Shown piece after piece: positions 62,156 to 64,000 of a DNA stretch of 64,000 nt. The notes beneath the pieces were generated by a model, which was given only the letters and a program-made list of their open reading frames with translations, searched no databases and was not told where the DNA came from. Source of the DNA: Alphaproteobacteria bacterium (GTDB lineage Bacteria; Pseudomonadota; Alphaproteobacteria; MPNO01); contig OZ219866.1 of the NCBI GenBank assembly GCA_964291675.2, positions 2,720,001-2,784,000 on the forward strand. The letters are read 5' to 3'. A program made the translations under genes and the position numbers. How positions within the stretch are numbered: position 1 is the stretch's first letter; the number at the start of each line of letters is the position of its first letter.

Positions 62156-63043
62156 ATGTCCGGAAAAATCTCCCTGACCGTGCTGGAGTGCGGGGTCACC
62201 GCGCTCGACTTCGAGCTGGTCGCCACCGGCCATCCCGACAAGCAGGCTTCGCAGCATCTCGCCTGCGGCCACCCGCGCCTCGGCGAAGGCCAGATCGCCC
62301 ATCCCTGCTACGCCTACATCATCGAGCACCCGGGCGGGCGGATCCTGGTCGATACCGGGTTCAGCGACTCGGCCAAGCGGGACTGGAAGAACGAACACTA
62401 CAAGGGCGCGATGGATTACGAGCCCGGCGAGGACGGGCTGTTCTCCCAGCGCCTGGAGCAGCACGGTCTGACGCCCGAGGATTTCGACGACGTCATCGTC
62501 ACCCACCTGCACACCGACCACGCCGGCAATCTGCCGAAATTCGCCGCCACCGACGCGCGCATCCTGCTGCACGAGGAGGAGCTGCGCGGCATCGTCGAGG
62601 TCAAGGGCGGCATGCTGCGGGACGATCTGGTGACCATGTGGGGCGTCACCAGCCCGCAGGGCTTTACCCGCAAGGACTGGGCCTGCCTGATGCCCAACCG
62701 CGCCACCACCGTGTTCGGCGACATGGAGATCTATCGCGGCATCTGGACGGTCAGCCTGCCCGGCCACACCTGGGGCTCGATCGGCGTCGCCGTGAACCTG
62801 CCCCATACCGGCTGGGTGCTGCTGGCGTCCGATCACATCTACCTGGCCGCGACCTGGGGCGACCCGTTCGTCGGCAATATCCTCAACCAGAACCCGACGG
62901 CGTGGGCGCAATCGGCCGTCAAATGCCGCCGGCTGCAGGAAAAATACGGCATGCGGATCTTCCCCGGCCATGACAACAGGATCATCGCCCCCGACCCCGA
63001 CGAGTCGTTCGTTCTGGAGGACGTGAGGCCGTTCTACGACTGA
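62156..63043 (+). CDS. Metallo-beta-lactamase-fold lactonase (N-acyl homoserine lactonase family)
   Basis: LVDTG, THLHTDHAG (HxHxDH), PGHT, SD, PGHD. Confidence 0.88.
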   Translation: MSGKISLTVLECGVTALDFELVATGHPDKQASQHLACGHPRLGEGQIAHPCYAYIIEHPGGRILVDTGFSDSAKRDWKNEHYKGAMDYEPGEDGLFSQRLEQHGLTPEDFDDVIVTHLHTDHAGNLPKFAATDARILLHEEELRGIVEVKGGMLRDDLVTMWGVTSPQGFTRKDWACLMPNRATTVFGDMEIYRGIWTVSLPGHTWGSIGVAVNLPHTGWVLLASDHIYLAATWGDPFVGNILNQNPTAWAQSAVKCRRLQEKYGMRIFPGHDNRIIAPDPDESFVLEDVRPFYD

Positions 63044-63064
63044 GCGCGGGCGGCGGGGGCCGGC

Positions 63065-64000
63065 ATGGCGCGGACGATCCGCTCGCTGCCCAGCCTCGCG
63101 CGGCGCCCCCGCGCGGCGTGGGAGGCGCAGGGCTGGTGGGCGCGCGAGCCGCTGTGGCGGCGCGTGCGCGACCGCGCCGCCGCCGAGCCCGACAAGCCGG
63201 CGGTCATCGACGAGACCGGATCGCTGAGCTACCGCGCGCTGTGGCGGGCCGCGCTCGCCGGCGCGGCGGGCATGCGGGCGGAAGGGCTCCGCCCGGGCGA
63301 GATCGTGCTGACCCAGCTTCCCAACTGGCGCGAATTCGCCGCCGTCATGCTGGCCTGCGAGGTCGGCGGGGCGGTGTTCTCGTTCTGCCCCGTCACCTGG
63401 GGGGTGCGCGAATGCGCGCGCGCCCTCGACCTGCTGCGCCCGAGGCTCTGGGTGACCTCCTGCGAGTATCTCGGTGACGACCGCATGGACACCGTGAGCG
63501 GCGCGCTGGCGGAGGCGGAGGAGCCGCCCCAGCCGGTGCTGGTGCGGGGCGGCGCGGCGGGCTTTCGCGCCTGGTCGGAGATCCTCGACGCGGCCTCCGC
63601 GGCGAGCGAAGAGGAGGCCGCCGAGAACGCCGGAAGCGGGCTCTATCCGCTGGAGATCGCCGTCACCTCGGGGACCACGGGCTTCCCCAAGGGCGTCGTC
63701 CACGCCCATGACACGGCGCTCTATACGGTGCAGTCGACCATCGACAGGCAGGGGATCGGCGAGCGCGACGTGGTCCATCTGGCGCTCCCCGTCGGCCACA
63801 CCTTCGGCTATTTCTACGGCGTGCGCTGCGCCTTGCAGGCGGGCGGCACGGTGCTGCTGCAGGAGCGCTGGGACGCGCGGCGCATGGCCGAGCTCGCGCG
63901 CGCCCACGGCGCCACGGTGTCGCTCGGCACCGCCGCCTTCGTCATCGACCTCTTGGGCGCCGGCGAGGACGTGCGCCGGGCGCTCGCGGGTGTGTGGATG
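63065..64000 (+). CDS. AMP-binding acyl-CoA ligase (cyclohexanecarboxylate-CoA ligase-like), 3'-truncated by window edge
   Basis: Not in ORF track (no stop in window); ATG 63065, QGWW, QLPNW, TSGTTGFPKGVVH AMP-binding motif. Confidence 0.88.
   Translation, partial: MARTIRSLPSLARRPRAAWEAQGWWAREPLWRRVRDRAAAEPDKPAVIDETGSLSYRALWRAALAGAAGMRAEGLRPGEIVLTQLPNWREFAAVMLACEVGGAVFSFCPVTWGVRECARALDLLRPRLWVTSCEYLGDDRMDTVSGALAEAEEPPQPVLVRGGAAGFRAWSEILDAASAASEEEAAENAGSGLYPLEIAVTSGTTGFPKGVVHAHDTALYTVQSTIDRQGIGERDVVHLALPVGHTFGYFYGVRCALQAGGTVLLQERWDARRMAELARAHGATVSLGTAAFVIDLLGAGEDVRRALAGVWM

Overview
High-GC (roughly 70% by eye) chromosomal region of an alphaproteobacterium, judged from the recA, secA and aroK-aroB-xerD-accA layout, a GAAC-N7-GTAC SOS box and alphaproteobacterial-type palindromic repeats. 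The Calx-beta autotransporter type suggests a marine sponge symbiont, but that is inference only. Core genes (secA 3' end, accA, xerD, aroK, aroB, ugd, pgm/pmm, alaS, recA, ppk1, ppx, sixA, kynA) are interleaved with many orphan catabolic/redox genes. The best hit is a gene the ORF track splits in two (26844-27521). An in-frame TGA sits exactly at the catalytic position of an iodothyronine-deiodinase motif (FGSFT-U-PPFR) and is followed by a SECIS-like hairpin, so this is a probable bacterial deiodinase-like selenoprotein. Other notable items: an unannotated 58-aa ribbon-helix-helix-like gene right after it; a PyrK/PyrD-1B pair with altered substrate-binding residues and GntR-like operators; a ~1740-codon Calx-beta autotransporter broken by two +1 frameshifts; a small protein + retropepsin two-gene cassette; a symmetric face-to-face promoter pair with a central MarR-like palindrome driving a lactonase/CoA-ligase cluster; a Cys-nucleophile alpha/beta hydrolase; and several gene relics. 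No rRNA, tRNA, CRISPR array or transposase was recognised. All family assignments come from motif recognition by eye; no database search was run.
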